This document shows positions 49,441 through 61,700 of a DNA stretch of 64,000 nt, in pieces. Within the stretch, counting starts at the first letter, position 1, and each line of letters opens with the position of its first letter. Under the pieces are notes generated by a model, which made no database searches, had not been told where the DNA came from, and worked only from the letters and a program-made list of their open reading frames with translations. Origin of the DNA: Piedraia hortae CBS 480.64 (lineage: Eukaryota). Both the position numbers and the translations under genes were made by a program. Location of the stretch: NCBI GenBank assembly GCA_010093745.1, contig MU005982.1, positions 62,001 to 126,000 on the forward strand, written 5' to 3'.

Positions 49441-51900
49441 CATTGATTACAAACATCCCATCCCCGCAGCTAGGTAGTCGGTACGCGAGGCCCGATGAAG
49501 GAACAAACACGTCGTCCTCACGTGACCTCGGCAACTCTGGGTGGAGAGCGCATTCGCCATGCCATTTTCCAATGTGCATGCTCCTCAGGGAAAACCTCAG
49601 TGAGGGCAAAAACCTGGGAAACTCTTCCCGCAACCATCTATATAGCTAGAACAAAAAAATCAGCTGTCTGTCTGATGTGTCGGATGCGTTGGTGGTCTTT
49701 GCGCGGTCACTTAGCCTGTATTTCGAATGACTTTCAGACAAACAGTACCCCTACAGCACTTGCCAACAACCTCAACTTCTCCCGGTTGTTGGCAGGAGAG
49801 CACTCCCCGTACTCGGCGCAGGCTTTCGTCTTAGATGTATAGGCTGACCAGACTTCACTCAAGGCTCTTTTCCTTATCCGTGGGTCGGCGCACGGCCATG
49901 CCTTTGACCTTGACAGGCGTCCTGTTACATTGCCATTTTTGCACAATCATCTAGTCATGACAGCATTCATCAACTGAAGAGGCCATAATAACCATTCATC
50001 TGAAGCAGGGATAATCATCCAGTCGAAACTAGGATAGCCATCTGGCAATTACCGCCAGGATAACCATCTAAAAGCGCCAAGAGAACCACTCTTCCATTTT
50101 ATGTACCTTTTTACACCAGGCGGGGTTGTTCTTGGCCATCATAGAAGACCTAATGCCTTTTTGAACACCATAAAATGTACACTCGGCAGTGGTTTTGTCA
50201 AACCGTCCGCTATCTGCTTTCCAGCTTCTACATACTGCATATCCACTGTACCGTCCTGGACCTTGTCTCGAATAAAATGATGCTGAGTATCGATGTGCTT
50301 CGCTCGCCTGTGAAACTTCGCATTTATCGCCAGCGCAATTGCGCCTTGATTATCACTGTAGATAATTGTCGATGGGAGGTCGTGCTCATCGAGATCAGCC
50401 AGCTCAGCCAAAAGCCTGCGCAACCAAACAGCCTCTTTGGTGGCCTGAGTCTGACCAATATACTTGGCCTCACAGGACGATAAGGATACGGTCGGCTGTC
50501 TGCGAGACGACCAGCTGATGCAGCCACTTCCTACCGTAATAATATAGCCCGAGGCTGAACGTCTGGTTTCAACATCTCCGGCCCAATCCGCGTCAGTATA
50601 GCCGGTAAGTGGTGCTAAATCACCACTGTAGGTCAAGCACAAGTCGATGCTTCCTTGAAGATAGCGTAATATTTGCTGCACTGCAACCCGATGTTCTCAG
50701 ATTTGCTGAGTATCGACTTACTACCGACGTGGAGTAGGCAATATCGGGCCTAGTTCCCAGTGCAAAGTAGAGGAGAGCGCCGACCGCGCTTTGATACTTT
50801 GTCTGTAAATACTTTGGAGCACTGTATCCTTGAGGGACTGATACCAGGCAAATTGCATCCATTGGGGTTGCAGTTGTCTTGGCATCCCACAAGCTCATTT
50901 CGCAGATTTCTTTCTCAATATATGTCTATTGATCAAGAAAAATGCTACGAGCCCGCCTGTCTCTTCGAACAATGATGCCCAGGTGATGATCACAGAGACC
51001 TAAGTCAGTCATCTCGAAGCGCTGTCTCAGTGCAGTCTTGACTTTGTCAATCTCTTCCTGGCCTACCAGGAGCAGATCATCGACGTAAACGGCAATGATG
51101 AAATTCTCCTGAGTGAGTACGTTGGTGTCAGAGTTAAGAGGTTCTAAACCAAGCTCCCTGAGGAAAGTCGTTAAGGTATTGTACCAAATTCTTGGTGCTT
51201 GCTTCAGGCCGTACAGTGCCTTGTTAAGCTTGCAAAGCTTTGAATCATTTCCATAGCAGGTGGGTTGCCCCACATACTTCATCGTCAATGTCGCCGTACA
51301 GGAATGCAGTTTTAACATCCATTTGCTGGATTACATAGTCCATTGAGGCGGCTATCTCAAAGAGTGCTTTGTAAGACATCGTCTTGACCATTGATGCGAA
51401 GGTCTCATCTTAAGGGCTTCCTTGGATCTGCTCGAACCCTCGGACCACCCACCTCGACTTGAATTTCTCTATGCTTCCGTCTGATGTTCCTTTCAACTTG
51501 AAGACCCAATTTCCTCTGAAAATGGGCTTGCCTTGTGACATGACTAGTCCTCGATCCAAGAGTGTCCATGTCTTGTTTTGGTGTAGAGAATCGATCTCTT
51601 CATCCATCGACTTTTTCCATTCCACGTGCTAAGCGCTCTCGAGGGCGTCTTTTGCGGACCTTGGCTCGTATGGCTCAGAGGTAAACATGGCGAAGGCAAG
51701 GGGCTGCACTCGAAATTCCCAGTCATCGCGAGAAAACCGGCTGTTCTGTCCTTTGTTCACCCTGGCCGACCTTCGAGGCGCTTCCTCCTCCTCAGCGGCG
51801 CTCGAGACGTCGCGATTATGTTGACGATTTCGCTTGCTGGCTATTCTCTTCTCATGCTGTTGAGGCTCAGCGGACCCGATTTCTTTGCTCGGTGTAGTCT

Positions 51901-52273
51901 TCTTACAGTGCTCAGAGGAGAAGGTTCAATATGTCCCAACAACGAGGAAAATCCAGACTGCTATCTACTGGGAAGCTTGGATAGTATAAACCAATCCACA
52001 AGCGCCGTCCCTTCGCGCGTGGTAGCGAGCGTAGCTATGAATAACTAGCAGGGCGCGTCGGTGTATCAAATTCCCCGTGCGCTTGGGTGGCGCAGGTTGC
52101 CCGAGAAGGTTTGGCCATCCACGCCCCCCACTTCGTAATTCCGTTCCGGCTTTTCGTCAATGTCCATGGCAGTTACCTGTTCGTTGAGCGGCTCGAACTC
52201 GTCTTCGGAGTACTCTTCGTCGGACGGCTGGGTGTTAGGCCAGAAGCCCGCAGCACACAGCCTCGCCGTAACA
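51901..52273 (-). mobile_element. Solo LTR, family E (long 373-bp form), TSD AGTCT
   Basis: Ends match family E; AGTCT at 51896-51900 and 52274-52278; about 145 bp longer than the other E copies. Confidence 0.88.
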
Positions 52274-52827
52274 AGTCTGTGGTGTAGGTATCAACGGCTC
52301 AGCAATGTGAGGCTTTATGTCATCAAAAATGAGGTTTGTCTTCCAGTCGATGTTTCCCGCATCGTCGACGATCAAATGCATACAGCTGCCTTTAAAACCT
52401 AGAAAACGTCCTTCGGTGGCTTTGCTTCCCGCCACCGAAGGACGTTTCCTTTGTGGTAACAAAACAGTGGCGCGGCTACCGATTTTCTTGATGTTCGACA
52501 GATCAGGGGGTGTGCCTATCCACGCCTCATATGGTGTTGTTTGTAGAGGAGAAGAGGGTGAGCGGTTTCGGACGTACGCCGTGCCAAATTCTACAACTGC
52601 AGGCCAGTACTTCTCGGGTAGGCTGGAGGCAATCAATGTTGGATGAATCTTCTCTTCTATAACACGATTCAAAGCCTCTGCGCAACCATTAGCTTGGTGC
52701 TGCTTGGTATCCGTAAATTCAAGATCGATTCCACGGTCAAAGGCCCATGCAGCTAGATCGTCAGCCACATTTTCGCCCCCTCTATCTAAACAAATCCGTC
52801 GACAGCGTCGCTCAGGATCTCAATGCA

Positions 52828-54390
52828 GACGTCGACAGGCTGGTGAGAAGATTCAATGTATGGGCGCAGGGCGCGGATGGCCCGCACCACGGCCAAGAGC
52901 TCGCGCTCAGACGTATAGCAGTTGCGTTTGGCGGCCGACAGACCTTTGGAAAGAACTGCGATAGGACGGGAGTCTTGGAAAGCCATTGCTCCTGTAGCGA
53001 AGCCCGAAGAGTCTGTATAAACGCGCATAGGCTTAGCTGGGTCATGAAGATGCAGTGGGGTTGCCGCCGATAGGCAACGTTTAACCGCTGCAAAGGATTG
53101 GGAATGGTCGTCTGTCCAGAGGAAGGGTCCTGTGGTCAGCTGGTAGAGAGGCGCTGCGGCCGCGGCCAACGACGGCGTGAAATCTCGGAACCAGTTGGCT
53201 GTTCCCAGGAATTGTTGCAACTCGCGTGGCGACTGCAACATGGGCCACGTTGCCATGGCGTCGATGTCCGGCGAGGGTGCGATGCGACCATGGGAGACTG
53301 TATGACCGAGGTATTTGACGGTGGGGAGGCCGATCTGGGCCTTAGTCGCCGAGTGTTCTAGGTTACGTGACTCGAGGAGCGCGAGGACAGAGTCCAGCTT
53401 CTCCTGGTGGTCAGCCGGATCATCAGCGAAGACGATGATGTCGTCAATGTAGGCTGCAGCGAAGGATGAGACGGGTTGCAGCAGATTATCGATGAATTTT
53501 GGAAGATCGGCGGCCCGTTGGTGATTCCGAACGGCATTACAAGGTATTCGAAACACCCTTGAGACGTCTTGAAGCTAGTCAAGTGTTCCTGCCCCGGGAG
53601 AATGCGCACGTTGTAAAATGCGTTTTGAGGCCTAAGACGGAAAAAACATGCGCCCGTGCTGCCTTCTGGAGCAGGTCCATGAGTCGAGGCAGAGGATACT
53701 TGTCCCGGGCGGTTATCGCGTTGAGCGGACGGTAGTCCACGCACAATCGCAGAGACCCATCCTTTTTAGGGACAAAGAGCGGGTTACAACTAGCCGACGG
53801 GTTAGATGGGCGGATCCACTGGTTACGAAGGCTGTTCGCAATGTACTCGGTCATGGCTCGATCCTCCGGAATGGACAGCGGGCGGAGTCGCCCGCCGTCT
53901 TCCATGGGGCCTTTAGTGCTGAACGAGCAGACGGCCAATTCTTGAGTTGACACAAAGAAAGGCTCGCCCAGTATGGCTTCTTCGGATAGCCCAGGTACCA
54001 AGTAAAACGTAAAGACTCTGTCGTCGATGGTCAAGAGGACCTTCGCGAGGTCCGTGGCCACTACGTCCCCGGTTATGCCCTGAATGGACACCTCGGACGG
54101 CGTCGTAGGTCCTTGCCAAATAGACGCTCGCAAGCAGTTTAGTTCCGCGCCCGAAGCCAGCAGCGCCGTCAAGGTGCGTCCGTTGACGTCGATGTCACGA
54201 CGGCGTAGCAGATCGTGATGAGCCCCGCGGACTCGGACAGCGTTTATCGCTTTCCCGTCCGCGGTGGTTTTAGCGTAGCATTTTGAGTCCAGGTGCCTCG
54301 TTCGCTTGCATCGCGAGCACACGGACTGGCTGGCCTTGTTACGGTTGCGTCCACGCTTCCGGTTCATCGCCTTCTTGGGAGCGGCGTCTT
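52828..54390 (-). mobile_element. LTR-less Ty3/Gypsy internal segment (gag knuckle, PR, RT, RH) embedded in the Copia integrase
   Basis: CSRCKRTRHLDSKC, ALLASGA, VPKKDGSLRLCVDYRPLN, MPFGITNGP, YIDDI, YTDSS, ERELLAV. Confidence 0.9.
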
Positions 54391-55066
54391 GCCCCGTGAC
54401 GTCGTCGGGAATTGCGAGCCAGTATCGCGATTGGTCATATCCCAGAACCTTTATGGGATCGGCAATGTCCGAATGAAGAAAGTCCATGGGGTATCTTCCC
54501 GGATGTATGTGTCCAAAAATGGGGCGTTCCCGGAGCCGGCCGAACGCACAAGGCTTGCACATGCAACGCCCATCTTCTTGGGAATTGTTCATACCTGTCG
54601 ACATCTTGGCGAGACGTTTCAGATTAGGCTCTGAGTGATGGCCCATGCGCCCATTCCATAGACGAAGCTGTGGGTCTTCAATCCATGTGCAATTCCGTGG
54701 AAACCTTCAGAGGTGTCTAATCATGTGTCAAGCATCATTAATCCACCTTGTATATTTGCCGTGAATTTATGTCCCCCGCTAGTGAAAGCCACACCATTGT
54801 AAAGCTTGTGAAGAGTATCAATGCCTGGCCAGAGTTGGTTAAGCGAGATGAGATTCGCGCCAACGTTGGGAGAATAATGGACATCCGGTGATTCCATTCA
54901 TCGCAATTTACCGCTCGATTTGCCCGGGATTTTGATCGTGCCTTTGCCTAAAGGTTGAGCTTTTGATCCACCGATGCCTGTCGAAGCGAGGATCTCCACC
55001 TCCTCATAAGTGCCTTCGATGAAGAGGTCCTTGTGGCCTATCAGGTGTCCAATTGCACCTAAATCC

Positions 55067-55428
55067 TGTAGCAATTGGGCTCCCGTGGGTGAGAGTGCGC
55101 AGCGGCCCGACGAAGCGATAAACGGAAATCGACAACAGGGACAGGACAGATGCAGATGGATATGAGTCAATACCAGTGTCGATGTGACAGTGTGAATGGC
55201 TATATATTACTATGCGGGGACGTTCAGAATGAAAATTCTGTGCCGGTGGGCTGGTGACGTCACGTCGTACACTAGCAGGGCGCATTCGCCAAGTCACATA
55301 TGACATGACCCTGAGGGAAAACCTCAGTGAGGGAAAAACCTAGGGTGCAGCTGGTGGTGTAGGAGGTATTGCTGATTTGCTATGCAAGTGCCCTGCATAC
55401 GCGGTAGTGGCGATGCTTGAATCCAATA
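55067..55428 (-). mobile_element. Solo LTR, family B, TSD AATCC, inside the Copia protease motif
   Basis: AATCC at 55062-55066 and 55429-55433; flanks translate SSWI | ..GAIGHLIGHKDLF. Confidence 0.9.
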
Positions 55429-56719
55429 AATCCAAGACGAAGTAGTTCCACAGGTTTATTCCTTGATGTAAGGACGCAAATTTCCAGGGTTTCCTCCCTG
55501 TTCTGATAGAAATAGGTTACATCTGTGCTGATACGGGCTTCAGCCGCGAGGAGGAGCACGGCGTTGAACCTGTGCTCTCATTCCTTCGCGGATTTCTTGT
55601 TCCGGCTACCCACAACAGTAACACCTGGGATATCCTCTCTACGATTGCGTTTGTTTCCAGAGAGTTGTCCTTGCAATCCTTGCTTCGTGTCATGGAACCT
55701 TCGACACTCTCGCTTGATGTGCCCCAACTTACCACAACAGTAGCAAATCTTTTGACTTTTGATTTCCTTCTTTGCCATGAACCAGGCAGTAGTATCATTT
55801 GACTTCAAAACTCGTTTTTCAAACTCTTCGGCAGCTTCAATAGTCTTCATGAGGGAAACGCCTTTCTCGACATCACCACCTGCATTGTGTGTGGGTACCG
55901 TCTTGAACTTCAGGCTAAAAGACGTTGTGAAGGCGTTGAATCCCGTGCCTAGCCCGCGCAGGTGCTTTTGCACGACAATGCACTCTGGCACGGCTGCCGT
56001 TTCATGGATCTGAGACATTTGTTCCTAGATCTTATTAATCTGGGCCCCAAAGTCCGCTGCCCCAGAGCAGCAATTGATATCCAGAGCGTCCAATTTCGCA
56101 CAGAGTTCGTGTTAAAAACCGGGTTCGTCAAATTGGTAGTGCCTTTTCAATCCATCTAAAGCAGTTTGCACAGTTTCATGGTTCTTGACAATCTGCTTGG
56201 CGTTATGCCCATATCTTCCACTAATGGCTCCCAGAGCTCGTGCTTATCTATCTTCCCAAGCCTCTAGTCGTGAGTTGTACGCAGCCAAGTATTCGCCGAC
56301 GGAGCGTGTGGGCGCTTCGGCATGCTTGGTCATGAGCGTGTGGAAACCACTCATGTCGAGGTGTTCCTCGATCTGTTCGACTCGTGTCGTCCAGTCCTCC
56401 TTTCGTTCAAGTTTCTCAATATCAGCAAATGAACTCAGTTTCGCCATGGCAGCTGGCGGGTTTGCATCAGTAGACATTGTAGCTTCAAATCCTCGCGCCT
56501 CCCGGGCTCATAATATAGTGAGTATAGGAATAGGAAGTGACATGAGAGAATATGTTGTTGCTGCTACCTTTTTTCTAAGACTCTAGAGGAGATAAGATTA
56601 CTGGTCACCCTAGCCCTATCGGGACTGGCTCCCGACTAACATCAACATATTCTTGGCACTTTCGTGTCATACCATTGTCGCTAATAGCACGGCGAGCCCT
56701 GTGTCAGATGAGGTAGATC

Positions 56720-56900
56720 GGTGGTAAATAGAACGCCCGAGGCTTCGCAGGGTTTTCTGCCTCATAGAGGATTTTTCCCCGGTGACGAGGTCACGCCATC
56801 GCGTGGTCTCGACAAATGCGGTTTGGCAAACTGTGGATCTGTGGAGAACGTTGCGTTAGCTCTCAGCAGGTAGAGACATACACATTTACATAGGCCTTTT
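56720..56900 (-). mobile_element. Highly diverged family-F-like LTR
   Basis: cagggttttctgcctcatagaggatttttcccc and caaatgcggtt anchors. Confidence 0.45.
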
Positions 56901-57770
56901 CGCCCAGACTTCACATCTTAGCTAACGCAGACATTCTTCCTGCCTTATCTCGCCTGGAAACGCCACGTAGGCTGCCATTTGCATTTATTCACTTCCTCGC
57001 ACCCGATTCCGAAACATCAAACTCCCGAAGTACTCTCTTACACATTCTGCACGTCCATGAACCCATCTTTACGACCCAGAAACCTAACAAGACTCAACAC
57101 CAACACCTTTTCCCACCTATCCCCGGCGATTTCCAATTTACCAGTCCTCCCCACGGTCACCAGCTCCAGTTCTCTGACCGAGACAGTGCAATGTCCCAAT
57201 CCTGCCCTGCAAAACTGAACACCCCAAACCATCCCTACAGAGATATATCCCCCTTCCGTGCTTTACCACCGCGAAACGCAGCTTTGAGTTTTTGCGACCC
57301 GCTGAACTCTTGTATGAGCTTAAGAGAGTCATGTCCGCTCCAGACTCCTCCACGACAGCTGTCACTTGCACATCCCCAATGCTCACCCCATAAGATAGCC
57401 CCCGCGGGATACATTGCGCAGCGACTTTTCACAGTAACACAATCACGACACTGATTGACGCGACTGTCCGTTATTCCCCGAAGTTATTCACATCCAAACA
57501 CGTCGTACCCTTCGATTTCCATGCGCGGGTATGACTTCTATTCTCACCTCCCTTGGTTTTGCACTTTGTCTCATCGGTCAAGCCCTTTCTGAACCAAGTG
57601 AACAGTCGACGTAGACTTATCGCAACCACGCTCAAGACCATGCCCTATTAAGCTCAAAGCTCTGGCGGGTGCTCAGCTTCGTCCACGAGTCTACACTCTT
57701 TCGGATGAACATCCTCGTACATCTCCAAATATACTGTACAGTACCATCCCTACATACCCTACACCCCCGT

Positions 57771-58539
57771 CTAGAAACCCGGTGGATTCACCCGTTGACT
57801 AACCCTCGTCCACTTCGGCAGTAAATGCACCCCCTTCCTGTAACTCCTCCTCTTGCGATCAAACATTGTATATTTATCCTTTGGCAGCATTTCCCTTTCC
57901 GTCGGCATTTCCGCCTTCCATCTTTCTAGAAGCTTGAATGTGCCGCGTGCGCGTGCGTAGGAACCCATTGTTATTGCGGAGTTTTCGGCGCGTACGATGG
58001 GGCCGTTAGGCGTTGCTGTCTGTGTCCCTGGGTCGGTAGGATTTGCCGTCAAGGTGGGACCGATAGATGCCGCCGAATTCATCGCGCGGCCTCGCTCGGC
58101 TAACGCGGAGCGTCCCTCCCCTCTAGCGCTCATCGTCTCAAGGACCTGTGCTCTCGTCTTTCCCTCCGCCGTCCCAGCAACATCAAACGCGCTATTCTCT
58201 CCCATGATTCCCAGCTTCGGATGAGGCGTCCCGGGCGCAAGATCGCCCAATCTCGGTCCGCGGCCGTGTCTGTAAGCGCTTAGATCACCCTTCGCTGCAT
58301 CGCTTTTCACTGTATCGCTTTTCGCGTTGCCGGCATGGAGAGCAACCCCCCTCCTCAACGCACTGTCAAGGGTAGCGATGACATTATCCACTCTCCTCAA
58401 CCTTCGTCGCTGTCGGAGTTTCTGAGGGGGGGAGGTGCGCCATGGACGTTTCCTGGACAATGTCAGCTAGACATCCTAGCGGGGAATAGGGTTTGTAGTA
58501 CCATAACAGCCCGCCTGAAAGCACGGGTGATTTGAACAT
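57771..58539 (-). CDS. MRPL31: Mitochondrial ribosomal protein mL60 (MrpL31); 2 exons (58539-58502, 58452-57771), 239 aa
   Basis: MFKSPVLSGGLLW|KRPWR across a 49-nt intron; QKLRQRRRLRRVDNV; MPTEREMLPKDKYTMFDRK...KGVHLLPKWTRVSQRVNPPGF. Confidence 0.92.
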
Positions 58540-58713
58540 TTCTATCGCTTCACGGTAGAGGGAGGAGGCGAGGTTGGTTGCATATGCTTACATAATCACA
58601 CATATTGGTAGGGATGACGTCATCCTGCCGACACGAAACACCAAATTAGGGGACAAACGCATAATAGCACTTTTAGAAGCTTTCGTTGTAGTTATGATAT
58701 AAATGCATATATG

Positions 58714-61700
58714 CTACGCATGGATACTCCTCGTCCTTATCCCCCTCCCCTCGCCGAAGTTATGCAATCTCTCCCCGACGAGGTAGACTTCGTCTTTGAT
58801 CCTCGCGCGCCATTTCTGAACTGCCCTGCCGACGTCTTTGAGTAGAACTGCGCTTGTGACGAGCGTGTCTGCTAGGGGGTAGGCGTAGCGATAAATCCAT
58901 GTTTGGTCCGGAATAGATGTGCCGGTGAGGTGGGTGTATGCCCTGAGACCCAGCCAGGTGAGTGCTGGTGGTAAGATGAGGGCTGCGAGTCCGAAAATTG
59001 TGACAGGAATTATGATGAAGCGTGTTGCGAGGCGGATGTCCGGGTTTAGGTACCCGTTAGACGTTATCCGTCGCCAGGCTTCGCCGGGGAGGATGTAGGG
59101 CTCTGTTGTCATCATGTGGGTTGCGAGGTGTAAATAGAGGAGGCCGAGGAAGTAGTTGTTTAGGAGGTGGATGATGTGTGTTGATGGCGAGTCTTTGGAG
59201 GTCCATGTTTCGAGTGGCAGGATGAAGTAGAGTTCGATGATAAAGGCCACGAGGAGGGGCATGAGGATCATGGTGAAGGTGTAGAAGTAGAGACAATGGA
59301 GGGTTTGGGTGAAAATTCGACCGAGGAAGGAGAGGTGGATGGGATTTCTGAGAAAGTGGGCGTTCTTATAAAGGTAGCCGAAGGAGGAGAGGATGAACAC
59401 GCCGAGGGTCCATGCGTGGAGGTCGTTGACGCGGCGGAATGTCCAGGACAGCAGAAGGCGGCCGAGGCTCAGAGGGACGAGAGATATGGAAAGACCGATG
59501 GCTGCTGAGAAGAGCCAGAGGCCGACCATGAAGAGGATCAGCCGGACTCGAAAGTGAGGAGGGATGTAGACTTTGGCAAAGTGCTCGTTCTTGTTACCGT
59601 TCTTGTCCACGATGTAGATGTCCTCTCCGCTTTCCGAACGGTGGATGAATGCATCGTTTGGTTTGGGAGGACGGTACTGATCACTCGATGGTGTGAGGAC
59701 AAACTTCCCATCCTTGACCCATTCCACATCGCTCTCGTCTATGATCAGAATGCTCGTCCAGCTATACTTTGTAGGATGACCCTCTTCATCTTTCCTGCGA
59801 TTGTCAAAGAGAAAGTGTGTCAATCGCAATGCACGAGCACATCTTCGGAGCCACCATGAATAAAGACGGTTGACGGCTTCACTGGGATCCAGCAACTTAA
59901 CCAACAAGGGAGCCAGGATGTTGTAGATTAATAAATCCAACGGCAATTCTAATATCGGCTCTGTGCTCAGCCAATAGATTGGAAATATGCCTGGGAACAA
60001 ACGCCCGGTAGACCAGATGACTCCGCCAAGACAGAGGATCACCAGGGCGCCATACACCAGTGCGCTGTATGTAATCTTGCGTAGCTGCGTGAGGACGTTC
60101 CTCTCCAAAACTTCCCGTACTGGATGGAAAGTAGGATCATCAGGGTCACGGATGAACCACAACACTCCCCGTCGAAGGATTCTGCGACACATCCCAACAA
60201 ACAGGGCAAAGTGGAACATGTATCCTGTGCCGACGAACCAGTGGATGAAGCAGAACAGATACGGTCGTCGATTGGCAAAAGCCCAGCGCGAGGCCATGCT
60301 TGCGTCTTGGAATAATGGCAACGACGCCAGGTCCAAGAGTAGACCGCAATAGAGCGGGAAGACGAGCATCTCGATGGAAATGATGAGAATCACCTTGAAC
60401 ACTCCTCCTGCCTGACGGAGAGTATCTCGGATCAATTTCTCCGTCATCTGGTTCGCCGGCGACGATGTTATGGGCCTGTCAATGGCAACATAAGCAGCTG
60501 CAACGAGGCAGAGCATCGTGTAGCCAAACAGAGTAGCCAGGAAGCGATCTTCAGAAGACCAGAAAATCAGCCTCGGGTTAATGAGCCATTCGTTTGCTCC
60601 ATTGTCGACTGAAGTCCGGAACACGCTCCAGTCATGCTGCCAGACGTTGCTGAATTCGCCGTCCACAATGGCAGTGATGATATCGCGGATAATCCGCATG
60701 ACGCCTGAGAATTTCGCCTGAAACAGTCGCAGACTGGCATGAGCGTGAGTCGATACGGCCAGGAAGCCCCAATTCCAGTCCCTAATGTCACTCCCAAGAG
60801 GCGCAACCATGTGGCCTTGGAGTCGTTTACTGGCCTTGGCTGCGGCTGTGAACGAATGACCGAGAATCCACATTGGCCGGACGGAGGGCGGGACGTTGAT
60901 ACATTGCAGGATGAATGCATGTAGTACATCTCCCAGCTTGGCGCACAGGACGAGCAGCCATCCGGCAGCAAAAAGCGTTACATCTGCGCAAAACTCAACA
61001 GAGTAGCTGAGCAAATGCAGTGGAGACTGCACAAAGAAGAGCAGTGGACTGCCAAAGGCACTGAGCATGAATTTGCCCCAGGTATATGGCACTCCAACAG
61101 CAGCAAAAACGCTTCCAGTCACGAGGACGGTGCAGAAGGTCGACGTTTGGAAAAGACCAATCAGGGGGCCGTGGAACCCGATGAGCTCCAAGATGCCTTC
61201 AAGATCTTCGGCATCTTCGATTCCGTCCGCCTCGATACCAGCCGCTTGAGCCGCAGCGAGAACTTCTGGGTCGACACGCTGTTCATTCTGCTGAGGGGCG
61301 GGAACTGCATCCTGGACTTGCTGAATGTCGTCTACGCGAACCTCTTCTACCACCGCTTCTGCATTGGTGCGAGGCTGGAGGTCGCCCCAGAACCAATCTG
61401 CGATTCTTCCCGCTACGGACTGCTGTGGTCGAGGCTGCAATGCATCTTGGTTGCGTTCTGCCTCTGTCTCTAGCGGTATTATTGGTTCAAGATTGACATC
61501 TTCCTCTACTGCCACGTTCTCCGGATCAGTGTTTGTGACAGTCTCCGCTTCGACTTCTGCCTGCTCCTCTGTGGATTCATGTCCCTGTATAGGAACATTC
61601 TCGCTCATCTCCTTTTCCAACTCTGCAATAGCAGCATTGTCCACCGCTTCTCGGTCTTCTTTTGGTGGCGGAATAATGACATTTCCCAGGGGGGATTTGA

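Larger units (their letters stand above)
50139..56647 (-). mobile_element. Ty1/Copia relic 1 (5' LTR-C 56516-56647, PBS, gag, PR, IN, RT, RNase H) with three nested inserts; 3' LTR not found
   Basis: PBS TTATGAGCCC (56504-56513); gag CYCCGKLGHIKREC; IN DRGGE...QANGCAEALNR; RT KALYGLKQAPRIW and YVDDL; RH GYTDADWAGD...SDNQGA...IADGLTKPL; many frameshifts. Confidence 0.95.

Noticed and set aside
49800..50138. Expected PPT and 3' LTR of Copia-1
   Set aside because: A purine-rich GGGGAG-TG occurs near 49801 (minus), but no LTR-C sequence follows it.
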